DNA of 52,137 nucleotides from IMG/VR virus record IMGVR_UViG_2778261534_000002. One strand, 5' to 3'. Positions within the stretch are counted from its first letter, which is position 1. Each line of letters begins with the position of its first letter. A program made the translations under genes and the position numbers. Shown one piece after another: positions 27,480 through 36,637 of this stretch. Below the pieces are notes generated by a model. The model made no database searches. It saw only the letters and a program-made list of their open reading frames with translations, and had not been told where the DNA came from. Origin of the DNA: a virus. Taxonomy: Duplodnaviria; Heunggongvirae; Uroviricota; Caudoviricetes.

Positions 27480-28840
27480 GTCTGGTTAATTGGGAGGAGC
27501 ACCGCGCCCGCTTTATAGCGTTGCGTGAAGAAAAAGGGATCACTGTAAAGGAATACTGTGAGGAGCATGGCCTTAGCTTCAATACAGCCAGAAAGCATCT
27601 CAATATGAAAAAAAATGAGGTGCGGTCGCAGGTAAAGACAACAAAAAAAAGCACCAAATCACCTGAAAAAAAACGGGCGGGAAGAGCAACAAAAAAGCTG
27701 GAAGAGGGTGCAGAAAAAACAAAATTTACAGAAATTGACAATTCGCAGGGCGCAGGTTCTTTCCGAAGTATGCCGAGAAAGAAAACTTCGGATCATGAAA
27801 ATAATGCAAATAATAACAATGAGATAAAAGAATCTGTCAGGAGATCATTGCGCGAAAAAATGGCGAAAATGATCCCCGAAGAAGATAAAAGCGCCCCAAA
27901 AATTGAGGGATCTTCTGCAATGATCCCTGACGGTGCTGTGCAGCGTGCCACATTGCCCACTACGAATGTGGCTCGCGATATGATGAAGAACGGCGCAGAA
28001 GAACACCTGCGGTTAGCAATTCAAATGGCGCAAGAGCGCGCACTTCAGTATCAAAGCATTGTTGATCAGGAGGCCGAACGTCTACAGGCGGAAATAGACG
28101 CCTTGGGCGATAAAGAGCCAGAAGGAATGCACCCTGGGCAGCGCCTTCTCGGTCTAATCAGTGACGCGGCCTACTACATGAATGATTTTATCAGTAGGTT
28201 GGCAGCTATATATCAGTCCGAACAAAAGCTGCGACAGGGGGATGAAAAGCTTCGTCAGAGCGCTCGCCAGCAAGCATTCAAAGAGGCTGAGGCCAGAGAA
28301 AAACTCGAATTAGCACGCCTACAGGCCGAACAGCGTGGCAAAGAGATTGAATATCGCATTGGCGCTGACGCACGCGCAGCCAGAGTTATCGCCGCCGCTA
28401 TACGTATGCGTGAGCGCGAGGAACTGGATGATATCGGTGTTGCTGAATACATCGAGCGCCAGGGGGTCAGCGTCCCGGCTATCCTCGCGGCGCGCGCGGC
28501 GAAAGCTATCACTCTTCTCGAACCACCTGTTTCTGACGTCAATGATGTTGATGATGAACAGCTGGACAAAGAGGCAAGGGAGTTTGCAACGCTTCAGGCT
28601 AACCATCCGCAATGGCTGGCAGAGCGCCGGGCGGATGTGGCAACCATTGTTGAAGAATTGGGGTGCGGAGATTACGACCGCAATGGCGAGCGTAAAGCTG
28701 GAGAATTCGAGGCCAACGACGAAGAGCTGGATATTGACCCTTCGGCAACGGCTGAAATTTACGGTGATTATGATGTATCTGATGCAGGGTATGACGCCGG
28801 AGATGATGATATCGCGATAGAACCGCCGGAGGATGATTAA
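27476..28840 (+). CDS. pacA: terminase small subunit PacA
   Basis: 454 aa; N-terminal HTH-like region, Lys-rich linker, acidic C-terminus; directly precedes and overlaps large terminase gene; contains GATC-rich candidate pac site. Confidence 0.7.
   Translation: MSLVNWEEHRARFIALREEKGITVKEYCEEHGLSFNTARKHLNMKKNEVRSQVKTTKKSTKSPEKKRAGRATKKLEEGAEKTKFTEIDNSQGAGSFRSMPRKKTSDHENNANNNNEIKESVRRSLREKMAKMIPEEDKSAPKIEGSSAMIPDGAVQRATLPTTNVARDMMKNGAEEHLRLAIQMAQERALQYQSIVDQEAERLQAEIDALGDKEPEGMHPGQRLLGLISDAAYYMNDFISRLAAIYQSEQKLRQGDEKLRQSARQQAFKEAEAREKLELARLQAEQRGKEIEYRIGADARAARVIAAAIRMREREELDDIGVAEYIERQGVSVPAILAARAAKAITLLEPPVSDVNDVDDEQLDKEAREFATLQANHPQWLAERRADVATIVEELGCGDYDRNGERKAGEFEANDEELDIDPSATAEIYGDYDVSDAGYDAGDDDIAIEPPEDD
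27790..27926. other. candidate pac site (cluster of Dam GATC hexamers)
   Basis: five GATC-containing hexamers (GGATCA, AGATCA, TGATCC, GGATCT, TGATCC) within about 135 bp in the 5' part of pacA; P1 pac is a cluster of TGATC(A/G) hexamers inside pacA. Confidence 0.4.
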
Positions 28841-30348
28841 TGGCTGGCGGGCGCAAGATTAAATGCGTCACCAGCGATCCACGCTGGCGCGATATGGTAA
28901 TCAAATACCGCTACAACTTTACCCAGGCTGTTGTCGATATTTTTGGGATGTTCCCCTCCCACCAGCAGCAGCAGATCATTCAGTCAGTGCAGGAAACGGG
29001 GAGTAGGACTACCGTCACGTCCGGACACGGAACGGGGAAGTCGTCCCTTACCGCGATGTTGCTGTTGATTTTTATGATCCTGTTCCCCGATGCCCGTGTC
29101 ATCATTGTTGCTAACAAGATAGGCCAGGTAAAAACAGGCGTATTCAAATACGTTAAACAGTATTGGGCGAATGCAGTTAAGCGTCATGGGTGGTTGCAGA
29201 CCTATTTTGTCCTCTCTGACACCATGTTTTATGAGCGCTCCCGTAAGGGGATTTGGGAAGTTCTCTGCAAAGGTTATCGACTCGGCAACGAAGAAGCGCT
29301 GGCGGGGGAACACGCGGCACATTTGCTTCTAATTCTGGATGAAGCATCTGGTATATCTGATAAGGCGATCGGCGTAATGACCGGTGCTCTTACTGAAGAA
29401 GATAACCGGATGTTGATGCTATCCCAGCCAACAAGGCCAAGTGGTTATTTCTACGATTCGCACCATTCTCAAGCAAAAACCCCAGACAACCCGAAAGGGA
29501 TCTGGACAGCAATTGTTCTTAACTCGGAAGAATCACCGTTCGTCACACCACAATTCATCAAGCAGAAGCTTCTGGAATATGGTGGGCGCGATTCTATTGA
29601 GTATATGGTCAAGGTGCTTGGTCAGTTCCCACGAGAAATTAACGGCTATTTGCTTGGTCGTGATGAATGCGATCGCGCTGCTCGCCGCAAGGTGTTGTTG
29701 GAGAAAAACTGGGGATGGGTGGCAACGGCTGACGTTGGTAATGGGCGAGATAAGTCGGTCCTCAACATCTGCAAGGTATCTGGTCACAGGGATAAGCGGC
29801 GCGTTGTTAACTTTAAGGTAATGGAGATGCCTGGCACTATGGACCCATTGGCCTTTGCTGACTTTATATATAACGAATGTACGCCGGAAAAATACCCGAA
29901 TATAACAATCGCGGTTGATGCCGATGGTTTTGGTTCTGATACGTGTGCGCAGTTGGTGCGTCGTGGTGCGAACCCGGTACGTATTCGGTGGGGAAAACCC
30001 ATGTTTGCGAACAAAGACAGGGAGCGATTTGTTAATCAGCGTGCCTACGCAAATATTATGGCGCGTGATGCCATAAAGTCAGGGCGTATGCGGATAGACA
30101 GTGACCCTAAAACGGCAGAGCAAGCGTCAAAAATCCCCTTTTTACTGAATGAGGAAGGGAAAATGGCGATGATGCGCAAAGAGCACATGCGGCAAAAGCT
30201 AAACATCAAATCGCCTGACCGATGGGATACCTACTGCTTCACTATGCTGGTGGACTATGTGCCTGCTAATGAAGATATTGGTGCCGAAATGGCAACTTTC
30301 CGAGATCAGGTTCTGGCGGATATCGAAATGCCAGATCTGGATATATAA
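28840..30348 (+). CDS. pacB: terminase large subunit PacB
   Basis: 502 aa; Walker A SGHGTGKSS, Walker B-like LLLILDEASG; C-terminal nuclease-like region. Confidence 0.85.
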   Translation: MAGGRKIKCVTSDPRWRDMVIKYRYNFTQAVVDIFGMFPSHQQQQIIQSVQETGSRTTVTSGHGTGKSSLTAMLLLIFMILFPDARVIIVANKIGQVKTGVFKYVKQYWANAVKRHGWLQTYFVLSDTMFYERSRKGIWEVLCKGYRLGNEEALAGEHAAHLLLILDEASGISDKAIGVMTGALTEEDNRMLMLSQPTRPSGYFYDSHHSQAKTPDNPKGIWTAIVLNSEESPFVTPQFIKQKLLEYGGRDSIEYMVKVLGQFPREINGYLLGRDECDRAARRKVLLEKNWGWVATADVGNGRDKSVLNICKVSGHRDKRRVVNFKVMEMPGTMDPLAFADFIYNECTPEKYPNITIAVDADGFGSDTCAQLVRRGANPVRIRWGKPMFANKDRERFVNQRAYANIMARDAIKSGRMRIDSDPKTAEQASKIPFLLNEEGKMAMMRKEHMRQKLNIKSPDRWDTYCFTMLVDYVPANEDIGAEMATFRDQVLADIEMPDLDI

Positions 30349-30368
30349 AGCCCCGCGATGCGGGGCCG
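30349..30368. terminator. bidirectional intrinsic terminator
   Basis: GCCCCG-cgatg-CGGGGC flanked by A/T-rich sequence, between convergent pacB and c1-locus gene. Confidence 0.6.
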
Positions 30369-30375
30369 GTTGTGA

Positions 30376-31413
30376 TTACCAGAGCTTCGCGGCGTACTGC
30401 GTTTGGGGGAATGTGTATCCGTAACGTTCTTCGATTGCTTTGCCGTATTTTTTACGAGCTTCATTCAGTTTAATGCCGGTCAGGTCGTCTCCAGAGGCCA
30501 TCATTACGTCTAACAATTCCAGATCCATTTTATCCAGCCTTGCCATTGCTTCACGTGATGTACGTATCTTACGCTCAATGATATGGCGAATAGCCGGATC
30601 GGCATCCTCCAGCATCTTAGCGGATTTCTGCTTAAGGCTTTCATTGCGAATATCGATGTTCCTTAAGATGTACGACTTCGCAACGTAGCTTGGCTGGTGT
30701 TTTTCCAGGTCACGAACACGATATAAGTTAAAATCGCCGAGAAGGCTGCAAGGTACCGATTCGACGCCAGAATAAATTGTAATGCTCCGGCGTTCACCAA
30801 CATTATTGACAACGGGGATCGTTGTCTTCGGTAGTCTTGCGAAAACCAATGCGCCATGTGCGCCAACTCTAAAGCGAGAAAGGGCATTGCTGCCTTCGAT
30901 GTTTGTTGTCAGCACAACATCTGTATATGCCTCTTTACGCGCCCGGTAGATCTCGCCTTCAGGCTCAGCTTCAAAGAAGCGCTGTTCTTCTTCAAGAGCA
31001 CCTACAATTTGAGAAAAAACCCTATTTTTCAGGCTTTTCTTTATGATTTTGTCGTATTTTTTGAGCAATTGTTCACGTGTAAATGTACGTGTTGTTGTAG
31101 CGCTTTGCACAACAACATGCGTGCTTTGATTGGTGTCCTCAATGATGAATGGGATCGGAGAATATACAGACTCAACAATGTTCGACGCTTTGCCGTCGGC
31201 ATCGCGGCACATGTCAACGAAGGCTTTCCATTCAGCAAGACATTTTTCAGCTTCTTCTAATATGTTTTGGTCATGCGTTAATGCAACATGGCGGAATTCC
31301 TCGCCAGCATAACTGGTATCATGGAAAACAGAGTTTGCGACCACCAGCTCTTTCCACCGTTCAGCGGTTTGCAGGAACCGTTTGTACTCTTTCTCGATCG
31401 ACTTCTTACTCAT
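30376..31413 (-). CDS. c1-locus protein, candidate immunity regulator of unknown family
   Basis: 345 aa at the position of c1/coi in P1 (between pacB and the lox-equivalent site); no similarity to P1 C1 as I recall it; operator-like motif 15-29 nt upstream of its start. Confidence 0.5.
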   Translation of the reverse strand: MSKKSIEKEYKRFLQTAERWKELVVANSVFHDTSYAGEEFRHVALTHDQNILEEAEKCLAEWKAFVDMCRDADGKASNIVESVYSPIPFIIEDTNQSTHVVVQSATTTRTFTREQLLKKYDKIIKKSLKNRVFSQIVGALEEEQRFFEAEPEGEIYRARKEAYTDVVLTTNIEGSNALSRFRVGAHGALVFARLPKTTIPVVNNVGERRSITIYSGVESVPCSLLGDFNLYRVRDLEKHQPSYVAKSYILRNIDIRNESLKQKSAKMLEDADPAIRHIIERKIRTSREAMARLDKMDLELLDVMMASGDDLTGIKLNEARKKYGKAIEERYGYTFPQTQYAAKLW

Positions 31414-31427
31414 TATTCCTACTCGAT

Positions 31428-31442
31428 TTAGTTTTCTAACAT
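31428..31442. promoter_or_regulatory. operator-like 15-bp motif (consensus copy)
   Basis: TTAGTTTTCTAACAT, reverse complement of ATGTTAGAAAACTAA; just upstream of the c1-locus gene. Confidence 0.45.
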
Positions 31443-31513
31443 AAAATTACTATGACAAATTTATGTCGAATAACAGAGTGAGTAAAGGATCGAACTGTGA
31501 TTTTTTGTCATCA

Positions 31514-31528
31514 ATTTTAGAAAACCAA
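31514..31528. promoter_or_regulatory. operator-like motif (near match)
   Basis: ATTTTAGAAAACCAA, 12 of 14 positions match the consensus. Confidence 0.3.
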
Positions 31529-31623
31529 CTGTATAAACCACACTTCGCAAATTAAAGACCATGAAGGCAACGTGTTACTGGTCAAAATCAATCTATGATG
31601 GATTAAAAAAAATCGCCATTTTG

Positions 31624-31655
31624 TAACTTTAAATAATTGGCATTATTTAAAGTTA
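31624..31655. other. rox: rox-type recombinase target site
   Basis: TAACTTTAAATAAT-TGGC-ATTATTTAAAGTTA: perfect 14-bp inverted arms; reverse complement equals the published rox sequence as I recall it; 150 bp upstream of the recombinase gene. Confidence 0.85.
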
Positions 31656-31807
31656 AGCTATAATCATGGGTGGATGATCAGTGTTGACATCACTGAAAAT
31701 ACGTGCCTCGAATCAAAGGTTTGAATCTTGAAAATTAACTTATAGCTACCCTGTCATTTTTATATTTTTCGCGTAGCGTCATCTGTATATAGAGGTTAAA
31801 TAGTTTC

Positions 31808-32836
31808 ATGAGTGAATTAATTATCTCTGGCAGCTCCAGTGGTTTTCTGCGCAACATTGGCAAAGAGTACCAGGAGGCCGCAGAAAACTTTATGCGGTTC
31901 ATGAATGACCAGGGGGCTTACGCGCCTAATACTTTGCGCGATCTCCGGTTAGTGTTTCACTCCTGGGCGAGATGGTGTCACGCTCGCCAGCTCGCCTGGT
32001 TCCCGATCTCTCCAGAGATGGCCCGCGAGTATTTTCTTCAGCTGCATGATGCTGATCTGGCTTCGACCACCATTGATAAGCACTACGCCATGCTGAACAT
32101 GCTGCTTTCGCATTGTGGCCTTCCGCCACTTTCGGATGATAAAAGTGTTTCTCTGGCTATGCGGCGCATCCGGCGTGAAGCGGCAACGGAAAAAGGCGAA
32201 CGAACAGGCCAGGCTATACCGCTGCGGTGGGACGATCTGAAACTGCTCGACGTCCTGTTGTCCAGGTCAGAACGGCTGGTGGACCTGCGCAACCGGGCTT
32301 TTCTCTTTGTTGCATACAATACGCTGATGCGCATGTCTGAAATCTCGCGTATTCGTGTAGGAGATCTGGACCAAACAGGTGACACTGTCACGCTACATAT
32401 TTCACACACGAAGACAATAACGACCGCCGCCGGGCTTGATAAGGTGCTTTCCCGTCGCACTACTGCTGTGCTGAATGACTGGCTGGATGTTTCCGGGCTT
32501 CGTGAACATCCTGACGCGGTGCTGTTCCCGCCGATACACCGTAGCAATAAGGCCAGGATTACGACAACGCCCCTTACTGCACCTGCAATGGAGAAAATAT
32601 TTAGTGACGCCTGGGTGTTGCTGAATAAAAGAGATGCCACTCCAAACAAGGGGAGATACCGGACGTGGACCGGGCATAGTGCTCGTGTCGGGGCTGCTAT
32701 CGATATGGCAGAAAAGCAGGTGTCTATGGTGGAGATCATGCAGGAAGGAACCTGGAAGAAACCGGAAACACTTATGCGGTATCTGCGCCGTGGCGGCGTG
32801 TCTGTGGGGGCTAATAGCCGCCTGATGGATTCATAA
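31808..32836 (+). CDS. dre: Cre-family tyrosine recombinase (Dre-type)
   Basis: 342 aa; Cre-like blocks WFPISPEMAREYFL, VSLAMRRIRRE, RNRAFLFVAYNTLMRMSEISRIRVGDL, WTGHSARVGAAIDMA; adjacent rox site. Confidence 0.9.
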   Translation: MSELIISGSSSGFLRNIGKEYQEAAENFMRFMNDQGAYAPNTLRDLRLVFHSWARWCHARQLAWFPISPEMAREYFLQLHDADLASTTIDKHYAMLNMLLSHCGLPPLSDDKSVSLAMRRIRREAATEKGERTGQAIPLRWDDLKLLDVLLSRSERLVDLRNRAFLFVAYNTLMRMSEISRIRVGDLDQTGDTVTLHISHTKTITTAAGLDKVLSRRTTAVLNDWLDVSGLREHPDAVLFPPIHRSNKARITTTPLTAPAMEKIFSDAWVLLNKRDATPNKGRYRTWTGHSARVGAAIDMAEKQVSMVEIMQEGTWKKPETLMRYLRRGGVSVGANSRLMDS

Positions 32837-32851
32837 ATTAAATTTCTAACA
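32837..32851. promoter_or_regulatory. operator-like 15-bp motif
   Basis: TTAAATTTCTAACAC directly after the dre stop codon. Confidence 0.35.
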
Positions 32852-32909
32852 CATCTTTTTAGATTGTTATCTTTGCTGTAAAGTACCCTCGCCTATTTCG
32901 GAGGGTGCT

Positions 32910-33254
32910 TTGCAGAGTCAAATCACGGAATCAAGACGCTTTAAGGTGGATGGTTACACCGTAACCTTCGCCGCTGGTGTTAAGAACAGTCATGCTGTCG
33001 TTGTGTTCGGCATCATGACCGGGCTTGAGGCCGTCCCTGTGTTTACCCTCGAAAAAAACTGGCGAAATCTGGAGGAAGCAGAAAGCTACGTCCGGAAAGT
33101 AACCATCATTGCCGCCGAAAAACTCCTGGCCCACTATCAGGAAAATTATCGCACTATGGTCGAGAAGATTAATCTCGCTTTCACTCGCCCCACTACCGGC
33201 TTTATTGCACCGGATACTAATGCAGGTCGCTATCCTGCAAGGGGGCGTCGGTGA
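32910..33254 (+). CDS. hypothetical protein
   Basis: 114-aa ORF with TTG track start after a hairpin; start uncertain. Confidence 0.3.
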   Translation: MQSQITESRRFKVDGYTVTFAAGVKNSHAVVVFGIMTGLEAVPVFTLEKNWRNLEEAESYVRKVTIIAAEKLLAHYQENYRTMVEKINLAFTRPTTGFIAPDTNAGRYPARGRR

Positions 33255-33727
33255 AAACTTATTACACATCTCTGAATTGTTACCCGTCTTCCTATCCAGA
33301 ATTATCCGGGAAGCTGTTAGCTCTATTAGCTAAAGCACCTACGGAATGGTTTAAGCCAGTCGTTATCAATCCACACTTCCTGGATTACGGATCTGTTCGT
33401 ACTCGTAACGAACTCAAAAACCTACTGGCGCATGGATTCATTCGACACCGTGCCGGGAAAGGCTATCAGTTAGCGATTGCGCCAGAAGAGGCCGTGCGGC
33501 TATTCGCATATCGTGACAGCCAGACAAAAGCTCGGGTAATAGCTCAAATACTTCATAACGGCAGCACCTATGCCCGCCAGTTTGGCGGCGACACGTCGCA
33601 GTTCTTGCGGGCGGTGCGATCGCTGGAGGAGCAAGGAGTTATTGAAAGTTCCTGTCTTCCTGTTCCTACCGTTCCACATATCAAACGTCGGGTTTACACC
33701 TTCACGCAGAGAGCTAAAAAACAATGA
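33251..33727 (+). CDS. hypothetical protein
   Basis: 158 aa from GTG with SD AGGGGG; overlaps neighbours by 4 nt on both sides. Confidence 0.4.
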   Translation: MKTYYTSLNCYPSSYPELSGKLLALLAKAPTEWFKPVVINPHFLDYGSVRTRNELKNLLAHGFIRHRAGKGYQLAIAPEEAVRLFAYRDSQTKARVIAQILHNGSTYARQFGGDTSQFLRAVRSLEEQGVIESSCLPVPTVPHIKRRVYTFTQRAKKQ

Positions 33728-34218
33728 TTTACGTAAAAGTGAAACGCCTACATCCGGCAGCAAAACTTCCAGCTTATGCCACCTCCGGATCGGCGGCGAT
33801 GGATTTTGAGGCTGTTGAAATAAAACCATGCGTCGATAGCAATGGTGCAATTTCCTCAAGCTGGTGGGTGTATACCGGACTGGCTATGGAGATCCCGCCC
33901 GGCTGGTGTCTGAAACTCTATCCGCGATCCGGATTGGGCTGCAAAAAACATACTCGCCTGGCTAACTGCGTAGGAATTATCGACTCCGATTATCGCGGCG
34001 AAATCATGGCAAAACTGATTACTGATCCCGGCGGGGAAGGCGTTTGTCTCAAGCCTGGAATGGCTGTCATGCAAGGAATTTTTGAACGAGTTGAACAAGT
34101 CTCACTAGTCGAGGTTGAGGAACTCAACGAAACGGAACGTGGTGCTGGTGGCTTTGGTAGCACATCGGAAGGCCACTTTGAAATTAAGCGTTCACCGCTT
34201 CAGTACGAAAAGTTATAA
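33724..34218 (+). CDS. dut: dUTPase
   Basis: 164 aa; dUTPase motifs PAYATSGSAAMD, YPRSGLG, GIIDSDYRGE, GGFGSTSEG. Confidence 0.8.
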   Translation: MIYVKVKRLHPAAKLPAYATSGSAAMDFEAVEIKPCVDSNGAISSSWWVYTGLAMEIPPGWCLKLYPRSGLGCKKHTRLANCVGIIDSDYRGEIMAKLITDPGGEGVCLKPGMAVMQGIFERVEQVSLVEVEELNETERGAGGFGSTSEGHFEIKRSPLQYEKL

Positions 34219-34232
34219 GCAGAGAAAAGACT

Positions 34233-34910
34233 ATGAATAACATGGCAACGAAAGAGCTTTTTAAGTTCCTTCCCAAATACAAAGCTCACAAAAACGTTAG
34301 TGCATCGAAAATCAAAAATGTTGTTATTTTCGGAGTAACTGATGCCCCACTTTGGGGCTGCATCGAACTCGTTGAACCAAAAGGGGCAACAGTTTGTGTT
34401 GACGCAATGTTTTTACAAAAACACCGACCAAAAACTGGCGGGTATCTGATCGTTTATGAAAACGGTTATCTGTTCTATGCCCCGGAGAAACCATTTGAGG
34501 AACGCTATGGCCTGGTTAACGACGCCTCCAAAAATGGAACCACGGTCATCATTACGGATGACAACGGCGTGATGATTAATCTTACCGGGAGCGTAACTAT
34601 TTCTGCTGGTGGCATCACCACCCAGCAAGAAGAAATCGACCTTGAAGCAGCCGACTTTTCTGACGCGCTGATGTGGCTGAAGGATGGCAAGAAAGTTGCT
34701 CGACGCGGGTGGAACGGCGAAAACCAATTCTGCTGGCTGGTTCCTGAAGGACAGTACCCGGCACGAATGGAAGCCATTAAGGGATATTTCCCCGGCGACC
34801 TCGTTCCGTATGGTGCTTATTTCGCCTTAAAAAATGCACAAGGTGTAGTTGTTCCGTGGGTTCCTTCTGTAGGCGACTTACTGGCATGTGACTGGTTTGT
34901 AGTGGAGTGA
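34233..34910 (+). CDS. protein with C-terminal DUF2829-like domain
   Basis: 225 aa; C-terminus ALMWLKDGKKVARRGWNGENQFCWL ... PWVPSVGDLLACDWFVVE is the clearest DUF2829-like domain in the window. Confidence 0.5.
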   Translation: MNNMATKELFKFLPKYKAHKNVSASKIKNVVIFGVTDAPLWGCIELVEPKGATVCVDAMFLQKHRPKTGGYLIVYENGYLFYAPEKPFEERYGLVNDASKNGTTVIITDDNGVMINLTGSVTISAGGITTQQEEIDLEAADFSDALMWLKDGKKVARRGWNGENQFCWLVPEGQYPARMEAIKGYFPGDLVPYGAYFALKNAQGVVVPWVPSVGDLLACDWFVVE

Positions 34911-34916
34911 TTTAAC

Positions 34917-35693
34917 GTGGAAAATACTAAAGCAATTCAATACCGCTTGCGTAATGGCCTGCTGGTGGCTGTTAACGCCGACATGTCACTGCCGTTTGAC
35001 ACGATTGAACGTACTATCATGACGTATCTCGGCTTTAATGAAGAGCTGAATGAAGAGCATGGCGTAGCTATATGGAGCGATGCAGAAAGCGGCGTTCATC
35101 GTTACATCACCGCCAGGGGCAAAGACTACTCTCTGGAAGAACTGTTTACCCTTGCACAGTCTTTCGAATGTGTAGCATTAGACATGTTTAATGATCCTGC
35201 TATAGCGCAACGACTTATACGCGAGCTTGGGCTATCCGTTACACCAATTATCTTTAAGAATGGCAGCCTGACTGGCACATGGCGCGTAGAACGCATCTCA
35301 AACTACCTTCCATATAACCGACAGTTAAATGGAGTAATCTCCGGCGTTAATCAGCCCGTAGCGTGTGAAAATGTAAACCTGGTTGTCGCTGTTTTGGCAA
35401 CCGCATGTCGTGTTATCGGTTTGGCTAAACAGGCATTTATTCATTTCCCAAATGGTGCAGAAGGTAGCGCAGAGATTATCGCGTGTGATTTCGAATTTAC
35501 TTGGATGCTACGCGAATATCTGGACCAAACAGTATTCCGTGCCGAAGAACTGGATATGTATATCACGTCAACGATTCCAGACGATGTGCGAGCAGAAGCA
35601 ATCGCTACAGCCAGGGCGAAATGCCGTGCGGCGATTGCAGAACGGGCCAAAGAAGAACAGTCCAATGATACAGCGGCAGAAGAGGTGAAATAA
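34917..35693 (+). CDS. hypothetical protein
   Basis: 258-aa ORF followed by strong terminator; no recognizable motif. Confidence 0.45.
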   Translation: MENTKAIQYRLRNGLLVAVNADMSLPFDTIERTIMTYLGFNEELNEEHGVAIWSDAESGVHRYITARGKDYSLEELFTLAQSFECVALDMFNDPAIAQRLIRELGLSVTPIIFKNGSLTGTWRVERISNYLPYNRQLNGVISGVNQPVACENVNLVVAVLATACRVIGLAKQAFIHFPNGAEGSAEIIACDFEFTWMLREYLDQTVFRAEELDMYITSTIPDDVRAEAIATARAKCRAAIAERAKEEQSNDTAAEEVK

Positions 35694-35696
35694 CAA

Positions 35697-35728
35697 AAAG
35701 CCCGCTTGGTATGGCGGGCTTCTTTTCA
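35697..35728. terminator. bidirectional intrinsic terminator
   Basis: AGCCCGC-ttggtatg-GCGGGCT flanked by A-run and TCTTTTC, between convergent genes. Confidence 0.75.
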
Positions 35729-35944
35729 AATACTGGAAGCACTTTGTCTGCTACCAAGCATTCTCTGTTTAAGCACAACCATTTCCTGACGGCATAACAC
35801 AGCAATAGCGGTCCTGGCACCAATTTGCTTACCAACCAGGTATTGCTTTACCTCGCGGCGACTCACGCCATCAAGAAGCATCTTTAACGCTTCACGGGAC
35901 AACTTGTTGTATTTACGTGCCATTAATCTACTCCGCAGAACCAT
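35726..35944 (-). CDS. hypothetical small protein downstream of doc
   Basis: 72-aa ORF overlapping doc 3' end; basic, HTH-like. Confidence 0.3.
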
Positions 35945-36308
35945 ACAATCTACGTAACGTGTCGGCGACAGAAGATACAGATATCTCGCCAGTCGCAGCG
36001 CCTACAGTAAGGTCTGCCAGTTCAGGTGAATCAAATACCTGCACCCCGTTACGGCGTAGAAATAGCAGCGCACTGTTTAGCGCGGTACGCTTATTGGCAT
36101 CATTGAATATATGCCCTCTCGCTGTAGCCACCAGGTAGGTGGCGGAGACTTCGAAAAGGTCGCTGATCTCTTCGTAGGCAACTCTGGCCTGAACTCTCCC
36201 GATAATGGCCTCTGCCCTACCCGGATCTGACATTCCCGGCAGGCCACCGTAGCGGCTTATATTCGCATCATGAAGCGCAATAAGTTCTTCCGGTGATATA
36301 TGCCTCAT
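35928..36308 (-). CDS. doc: Doc toxin (Fic-fold kinase) of phd-doc addiction module
   Basis: 126 aa; matches P1 Doc as recalled, including HIFNDANKR Fic-like motif; overlaps phd stop. Confidence 0.9.
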
Positions 36309-36529
36309 TATCGGTTAACCAGTTCCTTGTTGGTGGAGTCCAGGGTGTCAAACAGGGATGCAAATTCGGCATCCAGCGCCGCTTTTTTGTAGGCTTCAAA
36401 AGTAGCCTTGCTAACAATTACTGCTGGCTCACGGCCTCTGCGGGTGATTTCAACCTCTTCCCCGGCTTCAACATTGTTGAGCACTTCAGAAAGGTTGCCG
36501 CGCGCGGTACGGAAGTTAATGGATTGCAT
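36308..36529 (-). CDS. phd: Phd antitoxin
   Basis: 73 aa from [13 protein letters not shown] (track ORF starts 2 codons earlier); matches P1 Phd as recalled; GTGTACAC-type palindromes upstream. Confidence 0.9.
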
Positions 36530-36637
36530 AAACACCTCGTGTGCTCGTTATGTGTACGCAATTATAGGTTTTAATGATGCTGAATACCACTTCTTGGTGC
36601 CTTAAATCCTCGAGATGCAGTCTTGCAATTGCTGGGA

